In this document: in pieces, positions 19,337 to 29,372 of the stretch
Layout: each line of letters begins with the position of its first letter
Position numbering within the stretch: position 1 is the first letter of the stretch
Assembly (NCBI GenBank): GCA_965203055.1
Contig: OZ241863.1
Location: forward strand, 608,001-672,000
DNA: 64,000 nucleotides
DNA from: Spirochaetia bacterium
Lineage (GTDB): Bacteria; Spirochaetota; Spirochaetia; SZUA-6; Bin103
Direction: 5' to 3'
Notes under the pieces: model-generated
What the model was told of the DNA's origin: nothing
Databases searched by the model: none
What the model saw: the letters and a program-made list of their open reading frames with translations, nothing else
Position numbers and translations under genes: made by a program

Positions 19337-21406
19337 TCACTCCTTCATAACCACGGTAAAGCGTAGGTTTGGGCCCGTAGTGTCTCTGAGGCGAACGGTC
19401 TCCGTCAGGCGCCCCCAGTGCAGGTAGAGGTTGGAGTGGGCCGCCAGTCGGCGGAGTACCGCAAGTGACCTGAGCGGAAGGATGTTTGGCTGCTTCTGAT
19501 AGTTGAACAGGTTGATCGAACCCAGGCGAAACTCTGACCCGCCGGCCTGCGAGGTGCGCCAAGCGCCGCTGTTGTAGCGCCAGCGATCGGGGGCGCCGGT
19601 GTCGTCCGACAGCAGGTTGGCTATCGCCCAGTCGACCAGCACGTCGCCGAACGACCGGCCCGCGCCGCGCGCTGCCAGCGCCGCTTCGATTGCCGCGACG
19701 CCGGATTCGCCGTTGCGCACGATGTCGCCAAAAAGCGCGGCGCCGCCGTGGATCCGCGCCAGGTACGCTCCCAGCGCGTAGTTGATGGAGTAGTTCCGCA
19801 GTTCGCGGCGCCAGGCCGTCACCTGAATGTAATTGTACAGATTGTACAGCGGCAGCCGGCCGGCGGTTATTCCGGGAACGCCGGCCGTGGGATCGTCATG
19901 CGCCACCCCGCGCGGGCCATCATACACGCGCAGCTTGCCGGCCAGCAGGTCCTCAGCCACCTCGGAGCTCATCTCGTTCAGCCAAGTCTCGGCAACGGCA
20001 CCCTGCAGTATCCGCTTCTGGTAGAAGTGAATCATGTGTTGAAACTCGTGTACGAGAGCCGCGAGCGCCATGCTCGGGCGCCGGTCGGTTACCTCCCAGC
20101 TCGCCCCGGAGGGAGATGCCAAGTACACGGCGTCGACGTAGAACATCAACCTCTCATTGGAAGTCCGATGTCTCAGTTGGACGTGTTGAGGATCGTGCAG
20201 GTAGTTGTCCTTGGCAAAGAAGAATCCTAACGTTCGGTCGGCGTCGCCGGATGTAGGTAGGCCGTCGTTATCGATGTCGTACAGCAGGATGTGGATCAGG
20301 CCGGCCTGCTCCGCGGAAAGAAGAAGATTCGGGAAAGAGTGCGGGCCCCACGGGGCGCCGAATATGGCCGTCACCCAGTCGTAGACGTCATTGTCGCTGC
20401 CCGGACGCAGGAACGTCCGCGCTACCGTGTCGACCTGGGTCTGGGTGACGCAGGGCGGCCGGGAGCACCGGCCCCAGTTCGCGTCGGCCACCCAGACCGC
20501 CAGCGTCACCGCGCCGTCGGAGACCACCCTGCGGGCGGTGGCTGCAATTTCAGTGACGGTCCCGAAATCGTCATAATTCAGGAAGGTGAACGCCGCGCCC
20601 TCGTTGACCGTCGCGGCCTGGTTCTGCCGGAGCCGGTCCGACCGCGAGGTCCGCGCCAACCCGGCGCCGCGCAGCAGCGGCGGGTTGGCGTTGAACTCCA
20701 CGACCCAGGGACGGTCCCGCCGGATCGGATACGCGGCCGGATCCAGCCCCCCCCCCCCTTCACGGCGCACCGCGGCGGCCGACCGCGGCAGCGGTTCAAA
20801 CGCTCCATGGATCTGCAGATTCCTGGTTGTCGTGAGCTGACAAGGACTGCTGTCGACGCAGGTGGCGATCAGGTATACGTTGGCCGGCGCGGTATCGACT
20901 CGGATTTCGTACTCGATCGTCGTGTTGGCGCGTGGGTCGAGTATGAACACCTGATTTCCGCTTCCCGGATAGCAGAGCACGGTCGTTTCGCACACCTCGA
21001 TGGTGAAGGTCAACGTATCGGCGTCGCCGGCGGAACGGTTGGCGTCCGCGTCCTCTACCCGGTAGGTCATGCGGTACTCGCCGGCCCGACTCGGCGTTCC
21101 CGCAAGCGTGCGCCGGCTGCCGTCGAACGTAAGCCCCGGCACCGCGGGCTCCAGGCCATAGCTCAAGGCCCCGTTGCCGCCGCTTGCGGCGGGCAGCACC
21201 AGCGGTTCGCTCTCCCGACTCTCGTTGTAGGCTCGAACAGCGACGCTCCTGGCGCTGAAGCGCGGCGGCGAGTCGGCAGGCGCGGCGGCGCCGCCAGCGC
21301 CGCCGGTACCTGAAACGGCTTGTTGGCAGCCGGCCAGCAGGAGGGCGCCTGCGGCGGCGGCAACGGCAATCGGCGCCAATCGGCGCCGCATGTTCGCGGA
21401 GTTCAT
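19337..21406 (-). CDS. Lipoprotein zinc metallopeptidase (M30/hyicolysin-like) with an Ig-like domain
   Basis: Lipobox LLAGC, Ig-like LPAASGGNGALSY..PGLTF..LAGTP, HEFQHMIH followed by WLNEMSSEVAE. Confidence 0.8.
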   Translation of the reverse strand: MNSANMRRRLAPIAVAAAAGALLLAGCQQAVSGTGGAGGAAAPADSPPRFSARSVAVRAYNESRESEPLVLPAASGGNGALSYGLEPAVPGLTFDGSRRTLAGTPSRAGEYRMTYRVEDADANRSAGDADTLTFTIEVCETTVLCYPGSGNQVFILDPRANTTIEYEIRVDTAPANVYLIATCVDSSPCQLTTTRNLQIHGAFEPLPRSAAAVRREGGGGLDPAAYPIRRDRPWVVEFNANPPLLRGAGLARTSRSDRLRQNQAATVNEGAAFTFLNYDDFGTVTEIAATARRVVSDGAVTLAVWVADANWGRCSRPPCVTQTQVDTVARTFLRPGSDNDVYDWVTAIFGAPWGPHSFPNLLLSAEQAGLIHILLYDIDNDGLPTSGDADRTLGFFFAKDNYLHDPQHVQLRHRTSNERLMFYVDAVYLASPSGASWEVTDRRPSMALAALVHEFQHMIHFYQKRILQGAVAETWLNEMSSEVAEDLLAGKLRVYDGPRGVAHDDPTAGVPGITAGRLPLYNLYNYIQVTAWRRELRNYSINYALGAYLARIHGGAALFGDIVRNGESGVAAIEAALAARGAGRSFGDVLVDWAIANLLSDDTGAPDRWRYNSGAWRTSQAGGSEFRLGSINLFNYQKQPNILPLRSLAVLRRLAAHSNLYLHWGRLTETVRLRDTTGPNLRFTVVMKE
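20747..20758 (-). repeat. G12 homopolymer tract within the peptidase CDS
   Basis: 12 consecutive C on the + strand, read as four in-frame GGG codons on the - strand. Confidence 0.9.
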
Positions 21407-21479
21407 TGGCCGCCATCTTACTATACCGGGCGAAGGTGCGTACGGCGCCCGCGCGCCCCGCGCCGCGGCGGCGCCCCGG

Positions 21480-21779
21480 CTAGCGCGGCGGGCGCGGCCC
21501 CGGCCGGGGTTGCGCCTTGCGCTTGGCGCGGCGGTTCCGGAGCGCCGCGCGCACGCAGGCGGTCAGGCCGATGCCCAGCCAGGTCAGATTCAACGCCGCC
21601 GCGGGGAAGGCGCGGTAGTAGAAGGTGTTGGCCAACAGACCGCCCGCGCCGATCACGTTCAGCGTCTGGTAGAGGCGCGAGGTGCCGCCAAGTCTGCCGG
21701 TGGACACCAGCCAATAGGCGGAGATCAGAGCGGCCATGCCGATCCATCCCGCCGCGTCGAGGAGCAGCCGTGGTTCCAT
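21480..21779 (-). CDS. Small membrane protein (CBU_0592-like)
   Basis: GWIGMAALISAY...YQTLNVIGAGGL...AFPAAALNLTW; three TM segments. Confidence 0.75.
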   Translation of the reverse strand: MEPRLLLDAAGWIGMAALISAYWLVSTGRLGGTSRLYQTLNVIGAGGLLANTFYYRAFPAAALNLTWLGIGLTACVRAALRNRRAKRKAQPRPGPRPPR

Positions 21780-21925
21780 ACGGCCGCAGTCAGACGCAAA
21801 ACGCGCGCGGAATCCACCATCCCGCAGCGCCCGCCCGCCGCCGGCGGCGCGCCGCCGCCCGCCGCATGCGCGCCGCGGCCGCGCGCTTGACACCGCCCCC
21901 CGGGCTGTGCGAAGATGAGCAACGT

Positions 21926-22987
21926 ATGTTTACTTCAAGAAATATGGCCTCGGGCCATAGGTTCGCTCCGAGCGGAGCGTTACTCGGCCTCCTGGCCGCC
22001 TCGCTGCTGGCGGCCCAGGTAGCGGTTGCCGAACCTTCCAGAGAAGCTGCCGACTGCAACGGAATCGGTCGGGAGCTCGTGTTCGCCGGTCTCGACTGGC
22101 AAAGCGCCCAGCTCCACAATCAGATTGCAGGAACGATTCTGCAGGCCGGTTTCGGCTGCGACTATACCGACATACCGGGATCGACCATCCCCATGGTTCA
22201 GGGTCTGGTCCGCGGCGACATCGACATCAACATGGAGATCTGGTTCAACACCGCGCCGGAGCTGTATCACGAAGCAGCGGACGCCGGCGACGTGATCGAT
22301 CTCGGGTTGACCATGTATGCGGCGGAGTATGCGTTCCTGGTCCCGCGCTACGTGATCGAAGGCGACGCCGAGCGCGGCATCGAGCCGATGGCCCCGGACT
22401 TGAAGTCGGTTGCGGACCTGCCGCGCTACGCGCAGTTGTTCCAGGATCCCGAGCAGCCTGACATGGGCCGCTTCTACAACTGCATCATCGGCTGGCAGTG
22501 CGAGCTGATCAACAATGACAAGCTGGCGACCTACGGACTCGACGAGCACTTCACCAACTTCCGCCCCGGTACCAGCACGGCGTTGTCGAGTGCGCTGGCC
22601 GGCGCCTACGGCAAGGGCGAAGCGTGGCTCGGTTACTACTGGGGCCCGACCTGGGTGCTCGGCAAGTACGACATGGTGGTGCTGGAAGAGCCGGCCTACT
22701 CGGACGAGTGCTGGGTGGAAGGCGACCGCGGCTGTTCGTGGCCGCCGTCGATCGTGAACGTCTCGGTGAGCAAGGCGTTCGCCGACAGCGCCTCGCCGGA
22801 GATGGTCGAGTTCCTGCGCGCCTACGAGATGGATCAGATTCTGGTCAGCCAGCTCCTGGCGTACATGAGGGACAACGACGCCGAGGCCGCCGACGCCGCC
22901 CGGTACTTCCTGGAGACCATGCCGGAAGTGTGGACCCCGTGGGTGTCCGACGGCGTTGCGGGCCTCGTCAGGGCGGCGCTCAACTAA
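21926..22987 (+). CDS. proX: Glycine betaine/proline ABC transporter substrate-binding protein
   Basis: Signal peptide, DWQSA, GDIDINMEIW and GYYWGPTW; next to the permease and ATPase genes. Confidence 0.85.
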   Translation: MFTSRNMASGHRFAPSGALLGLLAASLLAAQVAVAEPSREAADCNGIGRELVFAGLDWQSAQLHNQIAGTILQAGFGCDYTDIPGSTIPMVQGLVRGDIDINMEIWFNTAPELYHEAADAGDVIDLGLTMYAAEYAFLVPRYVIEGDAERGIEPMAPDLKSVADLPRYAQLFQDPEQPDMGRFYNCIIGWQCELINNDKLATYGLDEHFTNFRPGTSTALSSALAGAYGKGEAWLGYYWGPTWVLGKYDMVVLEEPAYSDECWVEGDRGCSWPPSIVNVSVSKAFADSASPEMVEFLRAYEMDQILVSQLLAYMRDNDAEAADAARYFLETMPEVWTPWVSDGVAGLVRAALN

Positions 22988-23027
22988 AGGCTGAGATCCT
23001 GCCGGCCGATAAGATAACGACAACTCG

Positions 23028-23054
23028 GGGGGCGCCGCCGGCCGCCCCCTTCTT
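23028..23054 (+). terminator. Stem-loop after the SBP gene (partial terminator or mRNA stabiliser)
   Basis: GGGGGCG-8 nt-CGCCCCC followed by TTCTT. Confidence 0.45.
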
Positions 23055-23122
23055 GCGGGGAGCGGCACCGGGCGCGCCGCGGCCGGCGCTGCTCCTGCCC
23101 GCTCGATAATCGGAGATCGCTG

Positions 23123-24034
23123 TTGGGAGATTGGATTCGGGAATGCGCCGGTAGCTTCGACCGGATAATCACCAGGTTTCCCGAAGGCTGCCAGATTCCG
23201 ATCCGGGAGTGGACCAATGGCGCTCTGGAGTTCCTGCTGGCGCGCCTTGGACCGATTCTGGACGCCGTCAGCGACCGGATGCTGCTGGTGCTGCGGTACG
23301 TCGAACAGTCGCTGCTGTGGCTGCCGTGGTGGCTGGTGATCGGCGCCATCGGCGTGGTGGTCTGGCACGCGGCGCGGCACCGGTGGCTGACCATCGGCCT
23401 GATCGCCTGCCTCATCTTCATCGGCATGATGGAGCTGTGGGACGACACCATGCGCTCGCTCGCGATCATGCTGATCGCGATTACGATCACGGTCGCCGCC
23501 GGCATCCCGGTCGGCATCCTCATGGCCACCACCCGCTGGGTGCGCGGGGTGGTCAGCCCGATCCTCGACGTCATGCAGACCATGCCTTCGTTCGTCTACC
23601 TGATCCCCGTGATCTTCTTCTTCGGCCTGGGCAACGTGGCGGCGATCTTCGCCATCTTCATCTACGCCGTGCCGCCGATGATTCGGCTCACCAACCTCGG
23701 CATCCGCCTGGTGGATCAGTCCACCGTCGAGGCCGCGGACGCGTTCGGGGCGACCGGCCGGCAGATTCTGTGGGGCATTCGCATTCCGCTGGCCATGCCG
23801 ACCATCATGGCCGGCGTCAACCAGGCGATCATGATGGCCCTGGCGATGGTCGTGATTGCGTCGATGATCGGCGCCCGCGGCCTCGGCGCGCAGGTGCTGC
23901 GCGGGGTGAACAACGGTGACGTCGGCATGGGACTGGAAGCGGGCATCGCAATCGTGGTGTTGGCCATGATCCTCGACCGGGTGACCGCGGCCTACGGCGC
24001 CCGTCTCGACCCGACCCAGGCACCGGAGACCTGA
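23123..24034 (+). CDS. proW: Glycine betaine/proline ABC transporter permease
   Basis: PILDVMQTMPSFVYLIP, EAADAFGAT and AGVNQAIMMALAMVVIASMIGARGLG motifs. Confidence 0.92.
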   Translation: MGDWIRECAGSFDRIITRFPEGCQIPIREWTNGALEFLLARLGPILDAVSDRMLLVLRYVEQSLLWLPWWLVIGAIGVVVWHAARHRWLTIGLIACLIFIGMMELWDDTMRSLAIMLIAITITVAAGIPVGILMATTRWVRGVVSPILDVMQTMPSFVYLIPVIFFFGLGNVAAIFAIFIYAVPPMIRLTNLGIRLVDQSTVEAADAFGATGRQILWGIRIPLAMPTIMAGVNQAIMMALAMVVIASMIGARGLGAQVLRGVNNGDVGMGLEAGIAIVVLAMILDRVTAAYGARLDPTQAPET

Positions 24035-24038
24035 CGCG

Positions 24039-25292
24039 ATGCGCAACCATGAGACGGACGATGGCGGCAACGGCGCGGGCGCCGCGCGCAGCAATATCGA
24101 AGTAAAGAACCTGTACAAGATCTTCGGGCAGCGCCCGCAGGAGGTCCTGCCGCAGATCGAGGCGGGTACGGGAAAGGACGAGATCCTGGCCAGCACCGGC
24201 CACACCGTCGGGCTGAGCGACGTGAGCCTGCGCATCGAGCAGGCGGAGACGTTCGTGGTAATGGGCCTGTCGGGCAGCGGCAAGTCGACCTTCGTGCGCT
24301 GCGTGAACCGGTTGATCGAACCCACCGCCGGCCAGGTGCTGGTCGGCGGCGTGAATATCGTCGATCTCGGCGCGGCGGAGCTGAAGGCGTTGCGGCGCAC
24401 CCGGATGAGCATGGTGTTCCAGCGCTTCGGGCTGCTCCCGCACCGCAGCGTGGTGCAGAACGTCGCCTACGGCCTGCGCGTCCAGGGAGTGTCCAAGGAG
24501 GAACGGCTGGAGCGCGCCGGCCGCTGGATCGAGGTGGTCGGGCTGCAGGGCTACGAGCGGATGCGCCCGAGCCAGCTCTCGGGCGGCATGCAGCAGCGCG
24601 TCGGGCTGGCGCGGGCGCTGTGCACCGATCCCGACATCCTGCTGATGGACGAGGCGTTCAGCGCCCTCGATCCGCTGATCCGGCGCGACATGCAGGACGA
24701 GCTGATTCGCCTGCAGGGCGAGCTCAACAAGACCATCGTCTTCATCACCCACGACCTGGACGAGGCCCTCCGGCTGGGCGACCGCATCGCCATCCTGAAG
24801 GATGGCGTGGTGGTGCAGATCGGCACCCCGGTCGAGATCATCACCCAACCCGCCGATGCCTACGTGCAGGAGTTCGTCCGCGACGTCAACCGCGCGCGGG
24901 TGCTGCGCGCCGGCGAAGTGATGGAAGAGGTGGAGCCGCTGCCGCTCGACAGCGCCCCGGACAGCGCCCGCACGGCGTTGCGGAGCGCCCGCCGCAAGAT
25001 CGGCTTCGTGACCGACCGCAACCGGCGCTACCGCGGCCTGGTGCGCGTCGAAGACCTGCCGGCGGCGGTCGAACGCGGCGACCGCGACCTGGGCGGCAGC
25101 GTGCGCCGCGACGCGCCCACGGTGCGGGCGACGCAATCCCTCGATGAACTGCTGGGCGTGGCGGCCGACAACAACCTGCCGATCGCGGTGCTCGGCGACC
25201 AGGACCGCTTTCTGGGGAGCCTGACCCGCCAGACGACGCTGGCGGCGCTCGCCGGCGACCGCGCCGACAAGGAACCCGCGGCCGCCGACTGA
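24039..25292 (+). CDS. proV: Glycine betaine/proline ABC transporter ATP-binding protein with CBS domains
   Basis: GLSGSGKST, LSGGMQQRVGLARAL, MDEAFSALDPLIR and FITHDLDEA motifs. Confidence 0.94.
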   Translation: MRNHETDDGGNGAGAARSNIEVKNLYKIFGQRPQEVLPQIEAGTGKDEILASTGHTVGLSDVSLRIEQAETFVVMGLSGSGKSTFVRCVNRLIEPTAGQVLVGGVNIVDLGAAELKALRRTRMSMVFQRFGLLPHRSVVQNVAYGLRVQGVSKEERLERAGRWIEVVGLQGYERMRPSQLSGGMQQRVGLARALCTDPDILLMDEAFSALDPLIRRDMQDELIRLQGELNKTIVFITHDLDEALRLGDRIAILKDGVVVQIGTPVEIITQPADAYVQEFVRDVNRARVLRAGEVMEEVEPLPLDSAPDSARTALRSARRKIGFVTDRNRRYRGLVRVEDLPAAVERGDRDLGGSVRRDAPTVRATQSLDELLGVAADNNLPIAVLGDQDRFLGSLTRQTTLAALAGDRADKEPAAAD

Positions 25293-25339
25293 CGCCCCGT
25301 TGCGCGCCCGCCGCGTTGCCGGCGCCCCCCGGCGGGAAA

Positions 25340-26719
25340 TCAGCTCAGCGGCTTGAGGTCCCCCAGCATGGTGGGGATCAGTTCGGCGACGGTGGGGTGG
25401 ACGTGCACCGCGCGCCGCAGCACGCGGTAGGAAGCGCCGGCGTACATCACGTCGAGGATCGAGTGGATCACCTCGTCGCCGCCCACGCCGAGGATCGCGG
25501 CGCCGAGGATGCGCTCCGTCTCCGCGTCCACCAGCACCTTCATGAAACCCTGCGTCTCGCCCTTCTCCACCGCGCGCCCGACGCGGCTCATCGGGCGCGC
25601 GGCGACCAGGGCCGGGCGCCCCGTAGCGCGTACCTGCGGCTCGGTCATGCCGGCGCGCCCGAGCGGCGGGTCAATGTACAAGGCATAGCAGTCGATGCGG
25701 TCGGTCACCCGCCGCGACTCGGCGCGCAGCAGGTTGCCGGCGGCGATCTCATAGTCGTGGTAGGCGGTGTGGGTAAAGGCGCCGCGCCCGTTGCACTCGC
25801 CGAGCGCCCACACCCCCGGCGCGCCGGTCCGCAGGGTGTCGTCCACCCGGACGTGGCCGCGGGAATCGACCTCGATGGCGGTCGTCTCCAGCCCCAGGTC
25901 GTCGGTGTTGGGGCGCCGCCCGACCGCCAGCAGCAGGTGCGAGCCGACCACCTCCGGCGCCGCGCCGCGGCACGCCAGGGAGGCCGCCACCGCGTCCCCG
26001 CGGCGCTCGAAGCCGAGGCACTCCGCCTCCAGCCGGAGCCGGAGCCCCTCGCCCTCCAGGATCGCCGCCACCGCGGCCGACACTTCCGGCGACTCGCGCT
26101 TGATCAGCCGCTCGCCGCGGTCGATCAGCGTCACCTCGCTGCCGAAGCGGCGGAACATCTGGGCGAACTCCAGTCCGATATAGCCGCCGCCGACGATCAC
26201 CAGATGCTCCGGCAGGGCGGCGAGCTCCATGATCGTGGAGTTGGTCAGGTAGTCCACCTCCGCCAGGCCCGGAAACGGCGGCACGAAGGCGCGCGCGCCG
26301 ACGTTGATGAAGATCCGTTCCGCCTCCAACACCTCGCCGTCCACCTGCACCCGATGGTCGCCGGCGAACCGCCCGTGGCCCTGGTACACGGTGCAGTTGG
26401 CCAGCGACCGCAGCCACCGTTCCACGCCGGCCGCTGAGCGCCGCACGATCGCGTCCTTGCGCGCCTTCACCCGCCCCATGTCCACCTCGACGCCGCCGGA
26501 GATCACCACCCCGAATTCGGCGGCGCGGCGCGCGACGTGGGCGGCGCGGGCGCTGGCCACCAGCGCCTTGGTGGGGATGCAGCCGACGTTCACGCAGGTG
26601 CCGCCGAAGCGGTGGCGCTCGATGACCGCGGTGCGCAGGCCGGCGGCGGACAGGTCCGCGGCAAGACTGGGTCCGGCCTGCCCGGTGCCGATGATGATCG
26701 CGTCGTATGAGTGCGCCAT
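25340..26719 (-). CDS. FAD-dependent pyridine nucleotide-disulfide oxidoreductase (MerA/RclA-like)
   Basis: IIGTGQAG, GGTCVNVGCIPTK, GGGYIGLEF, C-terminal HPTVAE; no terminal Cys-Cys pair. Confidence 0.9.
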   Translation of the reverse strand: MAHSYDAIIIGTGQAGPSLAADLSAAGLRTAVIERHRFGGTCVNVGCIPTKALVASARAAHVARRAAEFGVVISGGVEVDMGRVKARKDAIVRRSAAGVERWLRSLANCTVYQGHGRFAGDHRVQVDGEVLEAERIFINVGARAFVPPFPGLAEVDYLTNSTIMELAALPEHLVIVGGGYIGLEFAQMFRRFGSEVTLIDRGERLIKRESPEVSAAVAAILEGEGLRLRLEAECLGFERRGDAVAASLACRGAAPEVVGSHLLLAVGRRPNTDDLGLETTAIEVDSRGHVRVDDTLRTGAPGVWALGECNGRGAFTHTAYHDYEIAAGNLLRAESRRVTDRIDCYALYIDPPLGRAGMTEPQVRATGRPALVAARPMSRVGRAVEKGETQGFMKVLVDAETERILGAAILGVGGDEVIHSILDVMYAGASYRVLRRAVHVHPTVAELIPTMLGDLKPLS

Positions 26720-27126
26720 CAGGCCTCCTGCGCGCTCACGGGCGCCGGTTTGACGCGGGCGTGGGGCACGTTGGGACTGGCCGGATCGACCGTGAGCTGC
26801 CGGCGGCCGGGGTTCACGACCAGATCCATGTCCTCCATGGGAACCGCCCCCAACAACACCTCGTCGCCCAACACCAGCGCCCCGACGTAGCAGAACCGCT
26901 TGCCGAACGCAACCTTCACCGGGCCGACGTAGGGCACGGTCGCCGCGCTCCCGTCGGCCACCGACACCTCGCGCACCGATTCCGTTTGCAGGTCGAGCTG
27001 GTGGGCGACGTGCTCCGGGATGCACAGCATCAGTGCGCCCGTGTCGACCAGCGCGGTCACCCGCACCGGTGCGAAGTCGGTGCGCCGCGGATTGCTCAGC
27101 TCCAGTTCGGCAAATACGTGACCCAT
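26719..27126 (-). CDS. Clan AA aspartic protease (AF_0612-like)
   Basis: ALVDTGA, VSVADG and LLGAVPMEDMDLVV motifs; its stop overlaps the next ATG. Confidence 0.88.
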   Translation of the reverse strand: MGHVFAELELSNPRRTDFAPVRVTALVDTGALMLCIPEHVAHQLDLQTESVREVSVADGSAATVPYVGPVKVAFGKRFCYVGALVLGDEVLLGAVPMEDMDLVVNPGRRQLTVDPASPNVPHARVKPAPVSAQEA

Positions 27127-27144
27127 GAACCCTCCCGGCGCAGG

Positions 27145-28128
27145 TCAGCAGATTGCGCCGCGCTTGGCGCGGATGCCGTGGCCCGGCGGGTCGACGCCGA
27201 CCCAGCGTTCATCGGCCGGCTCGTCAGCGCGCTGGTAGCGGCTGTCGGACGACAGGCGGATGCGGTCGGTCCGGTTGTCGGAGCTTGCGTGCATCAGATA
27301 CATGTTGAAGATCAGCACGTCGCCCATGCGGTATTCGGCAGTCAGCCAGCGGCCGCCCCATTCCCCCTGCACGGCCATGGCGTCGGCGGAATAGGCGCCG
27401 GAGGAGTTCCAGCGGATGCGGCTCCTTTCCGCGGCGGTCAAGTCGCGGCCCGCCCGGCGGGCCTGCGCCACCACCGGCTCGGCTTCCCCGCCATTGGTTC
27501 CATTGGTGCAGTACCGGTCGACGTCGCCGGCGCCGTAGGTGTTCTTGAGGCGGTCCTGCCGGTGGCTGCCTTCCAGCACCATGAGACCGCCCATCTCGAA
27601 GGGGATGTCGTCGAACGGCGTCCACGAGGTGAACAGGCGCTTGGTGCCGCGCCCCATGAAGACGATGTCGCAGTGGGGATCGGTGGTCTGGCCGCCTCCG
27701 GGCGGCTTGGCGCGCATCCAGGTGAAGTCGAAGTGGCGCACCGGACCGCCGAGGAAGAATTGGTGGAACTGCAGCATGGGGCCGGCGTAGAGCACCTGGT
27801 CGAGCGGCTCGTTGGCCCGGGACAGGGCGCGGGCGAGGTCGCCGGTGGCGCTGGCGTCGATTGCGGGCGCGGGCGCGGCGGCGCCTTCCTCGGAATCGCG
27901 GCCGGGGGCCAACAGGCGGAGGGCGGCCAGCCGGCGCAGCAGCTCCCGGCGGGCCGCGAGCACCGCCTGGCGGCCGAGCAGGCCGCGCAGGAAGAGGTAC
28001 CCGTCCCGGTCCATGCGGCGGCGCAGCTCGGCGCGGTCGCGCAAGGCGTCGTTGGCCGGCTGCAGCAGGCCCAGGTGGTCGAGGGCCTGGGAGTGATGGG
28101 TCAGCGGGGGAATGGTCGTCGGTTCCAC
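27145..28128 (-). CDS. PhyH family dioxygenase
   Basis: RDGYLFLRG, PHCDIVFMGRG, EGSH, GDVLIF..LMHAS.DN...RLSSDSRYQ motifs. Confidence 0.88.
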   Translation of the reverse strand: MEPTTIPPLTHHSQALDHLGLLQPANDALRDRAELRRRMDRDGYLFLRGLLGRQAVLAARRELLRRLAALRLLAPGRDSEEGAAAPAPAIDASATGDLARALSRANEPLDQVLYAGPMLQFHQFFLGGPVRHFDFTWMRAKPPGGGQTTDPHCDIVFMGRGTKRLFTSWTPFDDIPFEMGGLMVLEGSHRQDRLKNTYGAGDVDRYCTNGTNGGEAEPVVAQARRAGRDLTAAERSRIRWNSSGAYSADAMAVQGEWGGRWLTAEYRMGDVLIFNMYLMHASSDNRTDRIRLSSDSRYQRADEPADERWVGVDPPGHGIRAKRGAIC

Positions 28129-28147
28129 TGCAAGTACCGCGGAGGCG

Positions 28148-29314
28148 CTACTGGCCGGCCGGCGCGAGCTCGCCGATCGAGGATTCCATTCGGGCGCGCT
28201 CGCCGGTGCGGGCGGACACCTGCTCCTCGCTCAGCACCGCGGGATGGGCGCCAGGCGGCAGCGGCGTCCGGTACTGGTAGGCGGGGTCGGCGCGGCGCCG
28301 CTTCTCCACCTCGATCATCTCCCGCCAGCTCTGCCACAGACCGCGCAGCTCCGGCATGTCGGGGGCGATTTCGCGCGCCAGCTTCTTGAGGCGGTAGCAG
28401 GGTACGCCGGCGAACATGTGATGCTCGGTGTGCCAGTTCATGCGCCAGTAGAGAAACGAAGTGAACGGGTCGAGCCGGTTGGACCGCACGCACATGCGGA
28501 AGTCGGGCACGCCGTCCATCAACCCGACGTGCATCGGGGTGCCCACCAGCCCGGCCAGCCAGTTGCCGCAGAACAGAAAGCCGGTGAACACGATCGATAT
28601 CCACCAGGCGCCGGTGGCCGCCGACAGCAGCAGCAGCCCGCCGTGGAACAGGATCGTCAGCCGGGCGAAGCGCACCGCCTTGCGCTCCACCTCGGGGGCC
28701 AGCTCGAACAGCGCTTCGGTCCACTCGCTGGTGCGGATGCTGGTCAGGTCGCGCCGGTACCGGGGAATGGCCATGCGCACGGCGGCGCCGATGATCTGGA
28801 TCATTCCCTGGACGTTGAAGGTGAGCCGCTGCGCGACTTGCAGCGGCTTCAGCGGCAGATCGATCGGCAGCACCACCTCGCGGTCACCCTCCGGATAGAG
28901 CGTGTAGCGATGGTGGTAGGTATGGCTCATCGCGTATTCGTGGTAGCTCCACCAGGTGAGCAGCGACATCGGTACCAGGAAGAAGCGGTTGAGCCACTTG
29001 GTCTTGAACACGGTGCCGTGGCCGAGCTCGTGGGTGGCGAGCCCGCGCAGGAACGTGCCCACCGTGCCCTGGCACCAGAGCGCGAGCGCGAACGGCAGCC
29101 ACATGCCCTGGATGAAGAACCAGGCGGTGGCCGCGCCGCAGGCGGCCCACAGGCCCAGGTGGCCAAGGGTCTGGAAGGCGCCCTGCAGATCGCTGCGCCG
29201 CATGAGTTGGCGCAGCTTCGCGGGCTCGATCGGGCAGCGGTACCACTTGACCCGCAGGTCTCGGCGCACCCGCTCCAGCGGGGGGAACTCGCGCGCCGGC
29301 GCTTTCTGCAGCAT
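28148..29314 (-). CDS. Fatty acid desaturase family protein
   Basis: Three His boxes HELGH, HTYHH and HTEHH; TM segments. Confidence 0.88.
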   Translation of the reverse strand: MLQKAPAREFPPLERVRRDLRVKWYRCPIEPAKLRQLMRRSDLQGAFQTLGHLGLWAACGAATAWFFIQGMWLPFALALWCQGTVGTFLRGLATHELGHGTVFKTKWLNRFFLVPMSLLTWWSYHEYAMSHTYHHRYTLYPEGDREVVLPIDLPLKPLQVAQRLTFNVQGMIQIIGAAVRMAIPRYRRDLTSIRTSEWTEALFELAPEVERKAVRFARLTILFHGGLLLLSAATGAWWISIVFTGFLFCGNWLAGLVGTPMHVGLMDGVPDFRMCVRSNRLDPFTSFLYWRMNWHTEHHMFAGVPCYRLKKLAREIAPDMPELRGLWQSWREMIEVEKRRRADPAYQYRTPLPPGAHPAVLSEEQVSARTGERARMESSIGELAPAGQ

Positions 29315-29372
29315 TACGCGGCCGGATACTAGTGCACCCGCCGCCGCCGCGCAAGTGAACCGGGCAGTGCAG

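Noticed and set aside
25340..26719. Mercuric reductase merA
   Set aside because: No C-terminal Cys-Cys pair, no NmerA domain and no mer operon genes
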